DNA of 64,000 nt, taken from positions 50,716,001-50,780,000 of the forward strand of contig OX597833.1 of assembly GCA_951406725.2 (NCBI GenBank). Direction: 5' to 3'. Positions within the stretch are counted from its first letter, which is position 1. Each line of letters starts with the position of its first letter. Positions 1 to 15,086 of this stretch are shown piece by piece. Origin of the DNA: Octopus vulgaris. Lineage: Eukaryota. The translations under genes and the position numbers were made by a program. The notes beneath the pieces are model-generated. The model was not told where the DNA came from and made no database searches. It worked only from the letters and a program-made list of their open reading frames with translations.

Positions 1-222
1 AAGGCAAAGTCGACCCTGGCGGTATTTGAACTCAGAACGTAAAGACAGGCGAAATATCGCTTAAGCATTATACCGACACCAGTACTCAACTGATACTTAT
101 TTTATCGACCCCGAAAGGCTGAAAGGAAAAGTAGCGAGATTTAAGCTCAGAATGTAGAGGGACCTGAAATAAATGCGGCGAGGCTTTTCTTTCGACAACC
201 CTAAGAACTCTAACAGGCTCAC
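1..222 (-). mobile_element. SINE family A fragments (two partial, diverged units)
   Basis: Reverse complement of family A body (aaggcaaagtcgac..atttgaactcagaacgt; tttatcgaccccgaaagg), seen intact at 63546-63775. Confidence 0.8.
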
Positions 223-296
223 CATTAAAGATAAGTTGAGATAATTGATAGCAACTCGATAACAAAAAAAAAAAATCACAAAAACGTTCTTCGCCG

Positions 297-634
297 GTGT
301 CATCGTCGTCGTCTTTGTCTTCATCGCCGACCTCCTCCTCCTCCTCCTCCTCCTCCTCCATCATCATCATCATCATCATCATCACCATCATCATCAGTAA
401 CATCATCATCATCATCATCGTCATAGTCATCATCAACATCATCATCATCATCATCAACACCATCATCATCATCAACATCATCATTATCATTATCATTCTC
501 AATATCTTCATCGTGAGCATCATCATTATCCTCGTCGTAAGCATCATCATCATCATCATCATCATCATCAGCATCATCATCAACATCATCATAGTCATCA
601 TCAGCATCATCATCATCATCATCATCATCATCAA

Positions 635-683
<49 letters not shown>

Positions 684-712
684 GTCATCATCACCAATAT
701 CTTCATCGTAAG

Positions 713-747
<35 letters not shown>

Positions 748-780
748 ATATCTTCATCGTAAGCATCATCATCATCATCC
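297..780. repeat. Imperfect (ATC)n microsatellite with a short (CCT)n lead-in
   Basis: Directly visible tandem ATC; source of the poly-M/I/D ORFs. Confidence 0.97.
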
Positions 781-929
781 ATCAAGAAAAAGAAATAAAT
801 TATTTTCAACAATAACAAAAAGAAAACAAAAAAAGAAAAAAAAAGAACAATTAGAACAGCATAACGAGGGAAAAATACCGAAATATTGTTGACAGCACAT
901 CATTCACTGATAACGAAAACAGACAAACA

Positions 930-1160
930 CCATCATCATCATCATCATCGTCATCATTGTCGTCGTCGTCGTCATCGTCGTCGTCATCATCATCATCGAC
1001 AACAGCAGAAGCAAGAACAGCAGCAGCGGCATGAACTGAACAATCGCCACCAGTATTAAAACCATCGCCGTCATCATTATCATCACCATCATCACCATCA
1101 TCATCATTGCCGTCTTCGTCGTCGTCGTCATCATCACCATCATCATCATCATCACCATCA
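930..1160. repeat. Degenerate (ATC/GTC)n microsatellite
   Basis: catcatcat and cgtcgtcgt runs. Confidence 0.85.
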
Positions 1161-2367
1161 AGTACAACAGCGATAAGAAGTCAGGGTATAAGAATAATAA
1201 CGTGGACGAATGCCAAACACATATCTACTGACCCTCATCTAATATCACAAAATCTAAACGCTAGGGTTACAATTTGACTGATAGTTTAACGATAACATGA
1301 TTTATCAATTTTGTCCAAATCTGATCTTAGATTCTATTTTAAACTGACACCTTCTGTATGTCTTTACGGAAACACATACACCCATACACACATGCTCCTT
1401 TGTACACACATATTTATTTATACACACTGAGGGATACACGCACATACATGCACTTGTATATAGACGTATGCACAGTGAATAGAGTGTCTCAGTCAAGCAC
1501 ACAGGCGCGATGACGTCTTCACAATTACGTACAGAAGCTTATATGCATTCGTGTATATTTTCAGTAACGCCGCTCACACATAGCAATGGAGAATATTTTT
1601 AGAAAAAATCACTTAAGTCACATATATACATAGACACACGCACATGCACACACGCACACGAATACGCATCTACAAATACACATACACACACACAAAAACA
1701 CGCATACATACAGATGTATACGCACTTACGTATACATCGATGCATATAACGTACAGATACAGAGTTTTAGGAAACGGCTGGTACGGTTATATACATTCAG
1801 GCAAATAGACACACACACTGTCACACACACACAGACACACACAGTCACACACACACAAACAGACACACACACAGACATACACACACACACACACACACAG
1901 TCAAACACACACACGATTCTTAAACACATATGTGGATATGCATATGTAACATATATACAGATACATAAAATCGAGTGACTCCTCATACTGTATGAAGCAA
2001 ATCGACCTGCTAGACATAGCAACCAATGTTCCATGTCATACTGGATATAAAAGGTGAAAGGATGATCATAGTTAAAACATTATTGATCATAGTTCTGATG
2101 GATGAGGCTTCAGCTTCGGCTAACAACATCAACATACATATATAAATAAATCGCTTATTGATATACAGTTTTCCCTATAATATTTATATGAATATGTGTA
2201 AATATATATAAAATGGCGTAAACGGTGTAGATACACGTATTTATATAAACACTAAAATGCAAGCAAACAAGGATGTAGGAAAATAAATGATCAAACATAT
2301 ATACATCCATCCATTTATCATTATCTCAATCCATCCATCTAAACATGTACAATCTCATATATATTTA

Positions 2368-2869
2368 CAGTGATCCCTCGCCATATCGCGCTTCCTCTAT
2401 CGAAGTTCACCTATCGCGGTTCACCTATCGCGCACTCAGTCCATCGCGGTTCAAGTATTGCGCACTCAGTACATCACGGATTTTTCTGGCTAATATATGT
2501 AAATTTACATCTATATCCTTATTGCCCACAGGGGGCTAAACACAGAGGAGACAAGCAAGGACAGTAGTGCGTAACTGGTACTTATTTAATCGGCCCCGAG
2601 AGGATGAAAGGCAAAGTCGACCTCAGCGGAATTTGGACTCAGAACGTAGCGGCAGACGAAATGCCCCCAAGCATTTCGCCCGGCGGGCTAACGATTCTGC
2701 CAGCTCACTGCACTAAAATTATGTAAATATATATAAATTTATATCGTGGACTCCTTAGTATATCCAAGTTTCTGTGACCGATAGGTATTTATATTTTTTT
2801 TATTATTTAAAAAATTATTTCAGTGGGGTGTTTTGGAACATAACAACCGCGATAGTCGAGAGATTACTG
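2368..2869. mobile_element. pogo/Tigger-like MITE (Tc1/mariner superfamily) with a nested SINE A
   Basis: Left end ta|cagtgatccctcgccatatcgcg; right end reverse-complemented ta|cagtaatctctcgactatcgcg. Imperfect TIRs with TA on both sides; internal ~14-bp subrepeats (ggttcacctatcgc). Confidence 0.75.
2515..2712 (-). mobile_element. SINE family A (internally deleted), nested in the MITE
   Basis: Matches family A: gcccacagggggctaaacacagagg..aaggcaaagtcgacctcagcggaatttggactcagaacg..ttctgccagctc. Confidence 0.9.
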
Positions 2870-3119
2870 TATATATAGTGCGATTTAGCCCTTCATTTAA
2901 AAGATGAGTAACCAGTATTTAGCTCTCCCTGCTTATTACCGTAGGTTTGGAGGGAATAATATTCCACGTATTATTCAGGATGTGCAGATTAGTATGTCGT
3001 ATTCTATTTGAGTATATGATATCCTAAATCCAATAATCATTCGTTATTAATGAAATATGCGTAAGATGATGAAACTAAATATTTTATAAACAATCTCTCC
3101 TGCATTGTTATACATGTGT

Positions 3120-3188
<69 letters not shown>

Positions 3189-3444
3189 TGAACTGTTGCC
3201 AGGATCTTTAGAGAAATAGACAGAAAGCCTTTCCTATTTATGCTTATCCTGTTGCAGTGAATTCATTATGATTTAATGGCGTCAAGCTCACTGGTTTAGA
3301 AAGAACAGCAATAGTAATGAGGATAGGATCTTCCTTTAGATCGGGATATTAAAAAAAAAAAGCCAGATCAATTTCGGAGACTATATGCAATTTTCTTACC
3401 ATCTAAATTTTTCAAACGCTGTTATTGTCGTCTCCTAAAGCAGT

Positions 3445-3560
3445 CCGCCATTACCAGCATTATTTCCAGCATTAAAAGAGATCGTCTGATTCGGGTATGT
3501 CTTCACTTCCGATCCTGTATTGAAGCAGCCATTGATGCTAACGGAGGATTCATTGAAAAT
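3445..3560 (+). pseudogene. Tc1/mariner (DD37D/maT-like) transposase C-terminal remnant
   Basis: Translates ITSIISSIKRDRLIRVCLHFRSCIEAAIDANGGFIE, matching the C..FR.r.Ea.i.A.Gg.IE terminus also seen at ~10835-10898. Confidence 0.65.
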
Positions 3561-3716
3561 ATGTATATATGCATATGTATACATATACATATTCTTTGCC
3601 GAACCGCTAATTTACGGAAATGTAAACAAACCGACGTCGGTTATCAAGCAATGGTGGGGAGAAAACCACAGACGCACAAATACGTGCGCGCGCACAAACA
3701 CACACACACACACTCA

Positions 3717-3762
<46 letters not shown>

Positions 3763-3763
<1 letters not shown>

Positions 3764-4161
3764 TCTTTTACTTGTTTCAGTCATTTGACTGCGGCCATGC
3801 TGGAGCACCGCCTTTAATCGAGCAACTCGACCCCGGGACTTATTCTTTGTAAGCCCAGTACTTATTCTATCGGTCTCTTTGCCGAACCGCTAGGTGACGG
3901 GGACATAAACACACCAGCATCGGCTGTCGAGCGATGTTGAGGGGGACAAACACAGACATACAAACTCATACACACACACATATATATATACATATATACG
4001 ACGGGCTTCTTTCAGTTTCCGTCTACCAAATCCACTCGCAAAGCTTTGGTCGGCCCGAGGCTATAGTAGAAGACATTTGCCCAAGGTGCCACGCAGTGGA
4101 GACTGAACCCGGAACCATGTGGTTGGTAGACAAGCTACTTACCACACAGCCATCCTGCGCC
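3763..4161 (-). mobile_element. SINE family B, full length (tRNA head, CORE-like segment, internal TA/TG microsatellite, LINE-like tail)
   Basis: Minus strand ggcgcaggatggctgtgtggtaag..ggttccgggttcagtctcc (A/B boxes), gcaccttgggcaaatgtcttct (CORE-like), tail ggcggtgctccagcatggccgcagtcaaatgactgaaac. A partial copy lies at ~3590-3700. Confidence 0.93.
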
Positions 4162-4199
<38 letters not shown>

Positions 4200-4684
4200 T
4201 ATGCATACATATATGGTGTATTCTAGAATTGTTGTCACACAAAGCAAAAATAGGTACTTAGCAGCTAACCTTTTTGTTATGAATTATGAATTAATCAGTT
4301 AATTAATAACTAACCAATTATTGAAAGCTTTTCACGACACTGATGTAATATGTTCAATAATATTTTCTCCATAAATTATCTAATTACATTTTCTAACTTG
4401 TGTTTTTATTATCAATTTTCTTTCTTTATTTTGTTACTTGAATAGATGTGTGAGTGTTTCGTGTGTCTCTTTGCTTTCTTTGTGTGTCTGTGCGTGCGTG
4501 CGAATGTGTTTGTGTGTGTGTATATGTGTACGTGTGTGTGTGTATGTGTGTGTGTATGTGGTTCTTTGTTTTCGATTTCGTTTCCGATTTACTCACCCAT
4601 ACACATGCTTATGACTCACACATGCCCGTACGCAGGCATACACACAAACTCATACACACAGAGTTACGTACATACACACACACA

Positions 4685-4729
<45 letters not shown>

Positions 4730-4789
4730 TATATATGTATGTATGTATATCTATCTATTTAACTATATATATATGTATATATATATATA

Positions 4790-4863
<74 letters not shown>

Positions 4864-5134
4864 TTCTTAATATATCTTTAGAAAGATAAGTATACAATTT
4901 ATTTATGAAATAATAAAGTAATCTATATGATTATTGATTGATAAATATGGATTTCTAATTTTTTTTATTTGTTAATGATAATTTAGATACGTACATTTAT
5001 TTAGTTCTTCTTATTTTATAATTATTATATGTGAGCTAAAATCGAAAAGTATTAGTTTGGTTACATTGTGAATTAGATTGTAAATTTTTTATTATAGGTA
5101 AAGTTTTTTTAATATTTAGTACTATTCAATTTAA

Positions 5135-5156
5135 TAATAATAATAATAATAGTAAC

Positions 5157-5235
<79 letters not shown>

Positions 5236-5378
5236 CCATGTCGCGCACATATGGTTGTGATGCATGTGCCTGGTGTACCCTTATCAGACGGGTAGTCATG
5301 ATGGGTATACTGGGCTTCGTATATTTTACCCCAGTGTCACTTTGATGGCATGCTCTGCTCACTCACTCAATAATAATA
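5135..5378 (+). mobile_element. (TAA)n array with the 3' part of element D (5235-5368)
   Basis: caccatgtcgcgcacatatgg..ccccagtgtcactttgatggcatgctctgctcactcactc is the reverse complement of 36012-36146; flanked by (TAA)n. Confidence 0.85.
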
Positions 5379-6304
5379 AGTACTTTTTTCGCAAATAATC
5401 TTATAAGTAATACGTTTTTAATTTTTGAATTTTTTTGAATTTTTTATTTTTTAAATTTCATAAATATCTTCGAAATGATATGTATAATATTTATTTAAGG
5501 AATAATAGAGTAATTTATTTATTTATATGTTTATTGACTGAAAAATATGGATTTCTAATTGCTATATTTGTTAATTATAATTTAGATATGTACATATATT
5601 TTATTCTTTTTATTTTATAATTATTATAAGTGAACTAAAATCTAAAAGTATTAAGTGTGATTGTTTTGTAAAATAGCTTGTGACGTAACATATTAGGGTA
5701 TAGCTAGTGAAAAGATTTTCTATAGTTTGTTAATGTTATTCTCAAAGCTAAAATATATCTTCACAGATAAATACATTTTTCTATCTATTTACTCCATTTT
5801 CTTTACCTTAGGTAAAATGTATTATAGACACCTTGTCCTACTTTTTAAGTTTAAATTTAGTTAACGGAGTTTCTTCTATAAGAACAATCATGATTTTATT
5901 TCTTTCGGAAATATTGTTTAATTCTATTTGATTATTTGTTAAACTATTATTGTTATTATTGTTGACCTGAGGAGTGACTATACTTTTAAATTGAATTATT
6001 TTTTGATTAAACTTAAATTTAATTGAAATTTGAATTGAAGTTATAGCCACGAAACATATGTATACATTTTTTGTACTTTTTGTGATCTAGTTATATGTTT
6101 TATAATATATTTTATTTTTTCTTCATGATTTACTTTATGTCTACCATTGTTTGAATTACATAATAGTGGTCTTTCTCTAATTCATATATATTATGTATTT
6201 ACATTGTGAAATTTGATTTAATACTAAATTGAATTTTTCCCTGTAAGTTTGGAGATATACTCCCTAATATAATTATTATACACACACACACACAAACACA
6301 CACT

Positions 6305-6344
<40 letters not shown>

Positions 6345-6459
6345 GAGAGAGAGGTGGGACGATAGATAGGGCAAACACAACCTATATATTCATACATGTA
6401 TATAGACATATATATATATATAAATATACATATATATATATATGTATATATATATGTAG

Positions 6460-6497
<38 letters not shown>

Positions 6498-6565
6498 GCA
6501 TATGCACACACATACACACACATATACACACACATATCTATAATATAAAAGCTAAAGTTATATTC

Positions 6566-7980
<1,415 letters not shown>

Positions 7981-9480
7981 ATTGTAGCTATCTCATAAAT
8001 CTTCTAAAACAGATCTTCCCAGATCCCCGATAGTAACCGTAAGTATATCTTCTTCGACATTTAAATACGTTATACTTATCGTATCAATATAACTTCTCCA
8101 ATCCTTAACTAAGACTCCATAGATAATTGGTCTTCTTGACACTAGTTATATCTCACTTTAACCTTGTTCAAGCATTATCTCCCTGTCTTTCAACAGTTTA
8201 TCGCCATTTTTCCTATTGCTGTTATAGACTTCCCTTCTCTCTCTCTCAGTCTCACTCCTTCCATCACTTACTCTCTCTCTGTCTGCTTCCCTTTCAACAT
8301 TTTCGACAGTTTCCGCCATCATTACAAACTCCTAGATCTTTTAATAAATATAACATAAGATTTAAGACGTTATTATGTCTTAAACCTTAGCTGCTGCATA
8401 TATAGTTTTTCGGTGTTATTTGCAGCCTATCAGTTTCTAGCTGATCCCTTCATTTCATTTTTCATTGTTATCCGCGCGAAATAAACTAAGGCGATAAATA
8501 AGAATAAATTTGAAAGACGCCACTGGTGAGAGCGTTTACGGTCCGCAGTTTCATGTAGGAAATAAGGTGTGTAGCGATAAATGGACGTAATCAGATCGTA
8601 TAGTAACCATGTGTCGCTGAAATAGGAAATAAAGCACTATCACCACTCATATGGATCGATAACTCAATCAATACGTCAAATCGATGAAAGGGCTGAAAAA
8701 TCGCTTAGAAGGATAACAGAAGAGTTTGAAAGAAGTAGTTCTACATTTATTACTTTTTTATTAATGAAATAATAAAACAAAATGTAAGTAAACGAAGTGA
8801 TTACAGAACTTATGATATCTCATAAATCGCAAGAGACGGGCTTTCAGGAATATTTGATTGATATACTTTTAACTAGCAGAGAGACATTATTAGACACAAA
8901 ATTAGCAAAGCCAGTAAATAATTTAGTATGGAAGACGCGTAGTGTATTGATTTTCTTTTTCTCCCTCTTTTAGTGAAATGGAGATAAATGAATGATCAAT
9001 AAACAGTAAATCTATTTCGACCGTTGAGCAAGAACAAAATTTGACAGAGCCAAGAAAGGAGTAGAAAAATAAACAAATAAATAAACAAACAAACACTATA
9101 TACAATATAAACAAGTGTTAACAACAACCCGGCAGCTGCAGTATCTATATGAACAGTAATAACATTCACAATAAATTTGACTTTTCTTAATTAGGACCAA
9201 GATTGAATTTTCCGAAAGAGAAACAAGATAAATTGGATTGATCTTCATACATAATGGGCTATAATAATTACTTAGATACAAAATGGCTGACACGTAATGA
9301 AAGAAAAAATATTGTGGTAGTTATGCTTCTTTCCTCAATAAGTATTAACATCGTCATAGTTTCTCAGTAGTGAAGGTTGCAGATGGGACAGTAATGGCCG
9401 AAATGTTTAGGTCTCATGATAAACGTTGAATGAGTATTTTTTTAAGAGTCAGTGAGAAAATGAAGTGTTGGGTCTGTGAC

Positions 9481-9680
9481 TACGAGAGGTGCTGAAAAAT
9501 CCCTTACTTTAAGGCTATTATGAAAAGCCTGGATGGAGACCAAAACTTTTAAGTTCCTTTAGAGAATCTGAAGGGCCGCTGGAATAAGTGTGTGAATCTC
9601 AGAGAGGAATATTTGAATAAAATCATAATTAACTGATCCTCCTGGATTTTCTTTTACCCAAAGCAGGACCTCTTCAGCAC
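9481..9680 (+). mobile_element. mariner-derived MITE (a second truncated copy at ~9790-9900)
   Basis: Imperfect TIRs (tacgagaggtgctgaaaaatccc..ttt / aaagcaggacctcttcagcac). Internal cgctggaataagtgtgtgaatctcagagaggaatat encodes RWNKCVNLREEY, like the mariner C-terminal RW.KC....G.Y motif. Confidence 0.65.
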
Positions 9681-9698
9681 ACACACACATACACACAC

Positions 9699-9767
<69 letters not shown>

Positions 9768-10074
9768 AATATGCATATATCTATATATATGCGAGAGAGT
9801 GGTGAAAAGTTTCTGGCTTGAAGGATGGAGCGAAAGATCCGGTTGCAGGCCTAACCTTTCATGTTCTTTTACAGACCTTAGAAAAAGTGACGAGCCATCC
9901 AATGTGATGGAACCCAAAAGTACGTGTTCGTTCAGCGAGCTTCTATTGTGAATGTTATTACTGTTGTTGTTCTTGATGATGATAAGGATGACGATGATGA
10001 GGAGGACAAAGAGTAGAAGGAGGAGGAGGATAATGATGATGAAAGTGGTAGAGGTGGTGATATATATATGTGTA

Positions 10075-10128
<54 letters not shown>

Positions 10129-10146
10129 CATACATATTCATATATT

Positions 10147-11022
10147 CAGGGTGCAATGACTACATTGTCGCCATTTCTTATTTTTAATTTCGTGCATGTG
10201 CATTGTTAGTTTTTGATTTTGTCAGCTACACAGTATAGTAGGGTCAGTTGGGCAAAGTCTGTAAGAGAAAGAACACCATGATGCAATTCGCTCTGTCAGA
10301 AATTTGTAAAAAAAACATGCTGTACTGCTTGGCATTCATGCCGGAAGTACCAATACGAACATTTCAGAGTGTTTGGGTGTCCATCTCAGGACATGTACCA
10401 TGAGTGATAAAAATCAAACATCAAGTCACCATCGTGATGTTTTGTGTGATTACTAGTGATAGCGACGTTATGCCTCTATTCATCTGCCCACACGGCCTCA
10501 GACTCAATGCAGAGGCCTACATGAAGTGCCTAGAGGAGGTAGTGCTATCCTGGGACAAGTGGGTGTCTGCTGAAAAACCCTATGTCTGACAACAGAAATC
10601 TGCACCATGTCATACAAGCAAAAGAACCCAATCATGGCTGTGAGATCATTTCTGCGACCACATCACCCATAACATCTGACCACCTAACTCTCCAGATTGC
10701 AAACGCCTTGATTATTATGTCTGGTCGCAGTTGAGCGACAGATCAACAAATTCCTTGTAACACCAAAGATCAACTGAAGGCAAAAATTATGGCAGTATTT
10801 ACCAACTTACACAAGGAGAACGTCGGGAATAGATGCAGGAGATTCCCGAAGTCATCTTCGAGGTCGTGGTTGAAGCCAATGGCTATTTTATTGAATAGAT
10901 TTACTCTTTAGTATTTCTATTTATTTTTTATGTAATTTTGGTAAATATATCTGTTAAAATGAGAAGTCAGTGCTTTTTTCATTTTTGTGTAATTTAGACT
11001 ACAGTTTATTCACCACACACTG
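10147..11022 (+). mobile_element. Internally deleted Tc1/mariner element with a DD37D/maT-like transposase pseudogene
   Basis: Degenerate TIRs (cagggtgcaatgactacattgtc / gactacagtttattcaccacacactg|ta). Translation ..FICPHGLRLNAEAYMKCLEEVVLSW..KPYV*QQKSAPCHTSKRTQSWL..*PPNSPDCKRLDYYVW.., with stops; matches QQDSAPxH and WPPxSPDLNPLDY motifs. Confidence 0.88.
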
Positions 11023-11141
11023 TACATATATATTCCCTTCGAAACTTTATCCCTAATAGTGGTTTGGAATTTAACTGTCCTTTCTAGCGTGCAAGGAATC
11101 CTATGATGGACACTTCTTATATGTTTAAATATACTCTGTAT

Positions 11142-11189
<48 letters not shown>

Positions 11190-12049
11190 TTACATATATA
11201 TATATATATACGTACGTGTTTTCGCTGGAATGTACGTGTAAGTGTGAGGAATCATGATTGTGTGTGAGAGGATGTCAATTATTTGCGATCGAACCAAAAA
11301 TCCAATGATTTACGTGATTTTATCAGAAGTTGTTCGATATTTATTTATACGGATCGCAATGTCTGTCTCATTGGCATCGGTTGTAAAATTTGAAAGCAAT
11401 CATTAGAACTAGAATATTTTAGCGAAAAACGACGGACGAGTTACTGTTATGGATTTGAATGATTTACAAATATCGCACGTCAGATAATACTAAGGAATTG
11501 ACATTATATGATTTCTATAACGGCGTATGTGTATGTGATTATGTATTTGTGTGTGTATGTGTGTGTTTCCTAAAAATGTAGGATCGTATAGATTTTGAAT
11601 GCCATGCCTAGAAAATCCAATATTAAGTTCTAGTTAGATTAAAGTCTCTCATTTTTATCTATAATTACTCATTTACGGATTTCGATCGCCATATCTACAT
11701 ACAAGCGCGCGCACGAACATATACTTATATATAGATATAAGCTTAGATATGTATATGTATGTATATGAGTTTGCAATTTTAATGACATACTCTGTGATTT
11801 ATAAGTCTGTTTTATTGTGCGTGTGCTTGTTCATGCTCACACCCTTATACGCACACACACTCACACACCCACATAAAATACGCACAAACACACATATATA
11901 TATGTGTGTATTGTGTATATGTGTATGTACATATATATATATGCACACACACATACGCACATATATATATGCACACACACTTATACAGATACCAACATAT
12001 ATAGATACATACATAGATAGAGACATATATATGTATATATGTATGTATG

Positions 12050-12089
<40 letters not shown>

Positions 12090-12116
12090 AAGATAGATAG
12101 ATAGATAGATAGGTAG

Positions 12117-12173
<57 letters not shown>

Positions 12174-14806
12174 TAGATAGATAGATAGACAGACTGAGAG
12201 ACAGATAAATGAAAATGTATTCATATATATTTGCATCATACGCAGAGTGACATATATCCATGTGAACTCTGTAACTATAACAGGGCAATGTTAGGGCCAA
12301 CGCATTCGTCCGGCAGTTTGTTGGTATGTAGATATGTCCACAGTTAAAACATTTTATTGCAGTTGCCATCCAAAACTAAGAGATTATTTGCGGAGATCAA
12401 AGTTGTATTCTTGGAATGGTGGTTAATATATATAGAGGAATTACAAATCTCGTTTGAAGTTTGAAAGTGAATCATTAACTATGTAAGTTAGTCGCAAACA
12501 AATTCGGTTATCATCTATTAATTATCTGGTACCCATGGATATTTCACATCGTTAAAATACTTTAAAACCCATTTTTGCTATCGTTATCAATCCTGATATA
12601 TAGAAAGTAAGATGGATGGATTGGTGAATATGCAAAAATTCAATGATTTTTTACGCGATTTTATCAGAAGCTCTTCGATATTTAATAATACAAATCGCAA
12701 TGTCTGTCTCATTGACATCGGTTTTAAAATTTGTAAGCAGTCATTAGAACTAGAATATTTCAGCGAAAAACGACGGACGAGTTACCGTTATGGATTTCAA
12801 TGCTTTACATATATCGCACGTTAGTTGATGCTTAGGAATTGATTTTATATGTTTTCTATAAAATGAAGCGATATCAGCTAATGCGACATGTGTTATAATC
12901 CACGATATCACGTTTTATGTGTTTCTCGTTAGATAAGTTTTGTATTCCTTTCGTATTTTACTTCCCTAACTGACGAGTAGCAGAATCTTCTCACCTCAAA
13001 TCGATGTTAATGAAATTTTCACCTCTGCCCCTCTTTTATTAATGGAAAGAAACAAAACAAATATAAAATATTGTAATTCTCTCTTCGTGAGGTTGTATAT
13101 GTTTAAAGGCTTTAAGATGATGTCAATTATTGAAATTACGAAAATTTGAACGTAATTATTTTTTTTGTAATCACAGCCTCTCAAGCGAGGATTGCATACT
13201 GTATGAGAAATACTGGCTTAACATATCACCGCAGTCAGGGATCGATGGTTTTCTTATTCGTTTCACACATTATTGAAATTTTAGGTAAGCAGCTAAGATT
13301 TTTCAAAATTCTCGATCTCTTTTAAATGATGTAACTTTGGTAAATCGATATTTGGATATTTGGCAGAGTTATATAAGCAAAGCATCATTACGAAGGTGTG
13401 TTGAAATATTTCTTTCTTTGGGTAAAAGAAAATACTTATTACAGCGGTCCTTCAGTTTTTCTAAGCCCGTTTTCGTTTTTATATAACGATCGCCTGTTGC
13501 GTAATATAAGAAATACGTAGCATTGACCAATGGCGAAGTTTTGAAACGGCTGTAAAGATTTATTATCATTTTGTTAACAACTCTTATAAACGAATTACTA
13601 CTACCACTTACTATTTGATTTATCTTTTTTCTACTGATTATTTGCTCGATCTATGTTGTTTCTTCTTCTGCTCCCTGCTTTGTCCGGGTTAGGAAGATGT
13701 AGTTTTAGAATCTGTCCAAGCTGAGCATTGATTCGGTGCATATCCAGTCGATGCTGGTGCTAGCGTCTTCTGACCCTGCGCCTATATATGTGTGTGTTTG
13801 GTTGTGTAAGCGTGTGTGTGTGTATGTATCAATACATATATATACACACACACACATATATATATATATAGAGAGGTATAGGTATATGCGTATATACATA
13901 CGTACCCATACACATACATATATGTGTGTGTGTATATGTGTGATTGTGTAGACAGACAGACAACAATATAGATAATGTTTTTCAGTGTAATACATAATCA
14001 ATAAACATATCCTCGAACCTGATTATAAGTTGCAATAAAATACATGTGCAGTATGTGGGCGTGTGTCCAGATGTGCATGCGTGCACGTATGTATCTATGT
14101 GCATGTGTGTAAATCTTCATAGTTTTCTATTCCAGAATTACGTCATTCATCTGCCCCTACATTCGATGTAGACTTGTTGACATTATCACGTTGCTTATTC
14201 TTTAACGCTACATCTGACAATTTGTTAGTACCTAATTCCGATGACATATGTGTCCCATTCTTCATACGATACAATATATCAGCCACTGTAAATACATCGC
14301 AATAAATATATCGCTGGTTTAGTATTTTTATGATGCCATTTGAAATAACAAACCTGCACTCGCTGCTTTGCAACCTTTTTGTTGTACGACACACTAACCT
14401 CCGAATTCTTCGAATAATTTAGCTCATATACTAGATATATATTATCTTTGATTTTCCCTTTTTTAATGGCATCCTTGACGCCGTAAAGAGATCTGTTTGT
14501 CCGGAGACAGCTGACTATAAAATGAACGTTATCAAAAGGAATGTAGTTATACAATATCCGTTATGTGTAGCGCAGTGTAATCGGTATTTCATGGCAACGG
14601 TATGCGATATGACTATTTGAAACATAAACAAAATACCTACATTCAATCGCATGCATTCATATATGTTTGTATGTATATGAACGTATGTTTGTAAATATAC
14701 ATGTATATATATATTTATATGTGGATATGTATGTATATGTATGTCTGTATATCTATATATATATATATATGTGCGTGTATGTTTGTATATAGCTATACAT
14801 ACATAC

Positions 14807-14840
<34 letters not shown>

Positions 14841-15001
14841 TGCTTCATATATTTAAATAGCTAAAGGGCTTCGCCGAGGAATGCTTACTTTAGCTTATAT
14901 GTGTGTAAGCGTATTCGTATACGTATATATGTGAGTGTATCTTTGTGTTAATTATGACATTAGGTACATATACAGATGTTTGGAGCAGGAAAGATAGACA
15001 A

Positions 15002-15086
<85 letters not shown>

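Noticed and set aside
86-818. Long ORFs (poly-M, poly-I, poly-D), and similar ORFs at 18695-19240, 45377-46619 and 58315-58947
   Set aside because: Translations of trinucleotide microsatellites that lack stops in some frames; no coding signal.
13640-13783. GC-richer segment reading GAGSEDASTSIDWICTESMLSLDRF* on the minus strand
   Set aside because: No recognisable domain or convincing splice sites; begins like a SINE B head (ataggcgcagg) and is probably an unclassified repeat remnant.
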